Both the position numbers and the translations under genes were made by a program. A stretch of DNA of 63,829 nucleotides, the filler included, from Craspedostauros australis (taxonomy: Eukaryota), in the NCBI GenBank assembly GCA_030167865.1. It is 12 parts of 12 records of this genome, joined end to end, with 100 filler letters (N's around TTAATTAATTAA, not from the genome) between each part and the next. Parts side by side here need not be neighbours in the genome. Positions count along the whole stretch, not along the records: positions 62,514 to 63,829 come from JALAGF010004595.1; 11 more parts are not named here. One strand, given 5' to 3'. Below the pieces are notes generated by a model that saw nothing but the letters and a program-made list of their open reading frames with translations, was not told where the DNA came from and did not search any database. Below, one piece after another: positions 62,514-63,829 of this stretch (position 1 is its first letter; every line of letters begins with the position of its first letter).

Positions 62514-63829
62514 AACCAAGGACAAGAATCCTACTACGACGCAAGCCTCACCAACGAAGGGGCCACCGACACCGAGGACGTGGATGACGACATGGGCAAT
62601 GCCAACCGAGGAGAAGCGGGACGTCGTCCTATCTTCAACTTCGCCCCAGAGCTCTCTCGTGTGGACCGCATGATCGGGAACTCGACAGGGCTTACCACCA
62701 ACACGGCCTGGTGCCCTCTGTGCCTCAAGCGAGGACCACTCTACGCATGGTGCGTGGAATGTCCCCAAGTTCCTTTCTTCATCCAGCTCCACAATGAGCC
62801 GAGTGGCCATGTGCCAACCAACGATGAAGAGCGCGCGGAACGACGCACCAGACTCGAAAGAGCTGGCTCCCTCCGCGACGCTGTGCGAGCATCGTTGAGC
62901 AACGTGCTCCGAGCCAATGATGTGCGAAACGAACTCGCCCTGTTGTGCTACGACGCTGTAGCAACTCACAGTGGGGATCGCCTTCCACTGATCGAGGCGC
63001 GCACGGTGTACTTCAAGCTACACGAGATCGGGATGATCACCACATTGAGTGTGTGTCGCAACCCGTGCAACATCAACAACAGTCTGGAATCTCGTCGCTT
63101 CGACCCCCTCCCCAGCGATCTGATTACACGCATGACCCACCATGCCGCGAACTCCATCAGGTGGACCCATCACCAAAGTGACTGCGGAGTCAGACTCCCA
63201 AAGCCAGAGCACTGGGTGCTGCCAATCTACTCTGAACGCGAAGAGCAACACGAAGTGGCAATGGTGGTCGGCAACACCGACAACGTCAGCGCAAGGCGCT
63301 CCTCCGTCGCACCGGACAACTACGAGACCAACACCTGGTTGGGCGATTCTGGCGCGTCGTGCCATCTCACCAACAACGATGAAGGGATGACCAACGTTCG
63401 CGTCTCTGATCAAAATGTGAAGATCGGGAGCGGGCGCTACCTCAAGGTCACCAAGGTGGGCGACAAGCGCATGACCGTCATGCAAAGGAACGGAAGGAAG
63501 TACAACGTGGTGCTCAAGTCGGTGAAGTACGTGCCCAAGCTTTGGATTAATCTACTGAGCATCAACAAGGCTCTCGAGAGCGGATTCAATATCAGCAACC
63601 TCGGCGTCATCATGACTCTGAAGAAAGGCAAGGCCCGCATCAGCTTTGATCGCATCATGGCGACTCATAGCGGCTTCGTCTGCGGAGTGACCATGGTGAA
63701 CAACGCCAAGACCGACGACCAAGCTCATGTTGGTGTGTCAACCGACGCACCAGTCGACATCAACACAATCCATAAAAAGTTAGGCCACGTTGACGCGTAC
63801 ACCATCTCTCGAACAGCAGGGAGGTACGG
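62514..63829 (+). mobile_element. Ty1/copia polyprotein fragment (extra domain, protease, GAG-pre-integrase), open at both ends and absent from the ORF track
   Basis: Manual translation from 62514 has no stop: ...TWLGDSGASCHLTN...VKIGSG...VKYVPKLWINLLSI...DINTIHKKLGH. Confidence 0.88.

Noticed and set aside
43931..63829. Nested retrotransposon island
   Set aside because: The elements sit on separate pieces joined by artificial spacers, so clustering and nesting cannot be shown.

Overview
Eukaryotic nuclear DNA, most likely from a diatom (inferred from CoDi-type copia elements, Ambal-like non-LTR elements and signal-peptide + ASAFAP-type plastid presequences). The window is not one locus: it is 12 assembly pieces joined by eleven identical 100-nt N44-TTAATTAATTAA-N44 spacers, so adjacency across spacers cannot be trusted. 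Host genes: two plastid-targeted proteins (a lumen-type protein and an intron-containing GHSAGG alpha/beta-hydrolase), a disrupted ankyrin-BTB gene, a large secreted PTSA-mucin/Cys-rich protein, an NRPS-like adenylation-carrier-ankyrin protein, a GST-N-like protein, a long frameshifted ankyrin gene, a vWA protein, a Gly-zipper/coiled-coil ORF and a tRNA-like Pol III unit. The last 20 kb are mostly retrotransposon pieces (three copia segments, a long probable gag-extension ORF, two non-LTR elements); one more copia lies at 4.4-6.5 kb. Most notable: the A-T-ankyrin enzyme, a UGA-CAAUCA readthrough-type gag/pol junction, a GCACGAAAC motif next to hairpins upstream of two probable copia ORFs, ankyrin repeats that vary mainly at binding-face positions, and CpG-type mutation of catalytic aspartates in one LINE. 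All family assignments come from motif recognition by eye; no searches were run.
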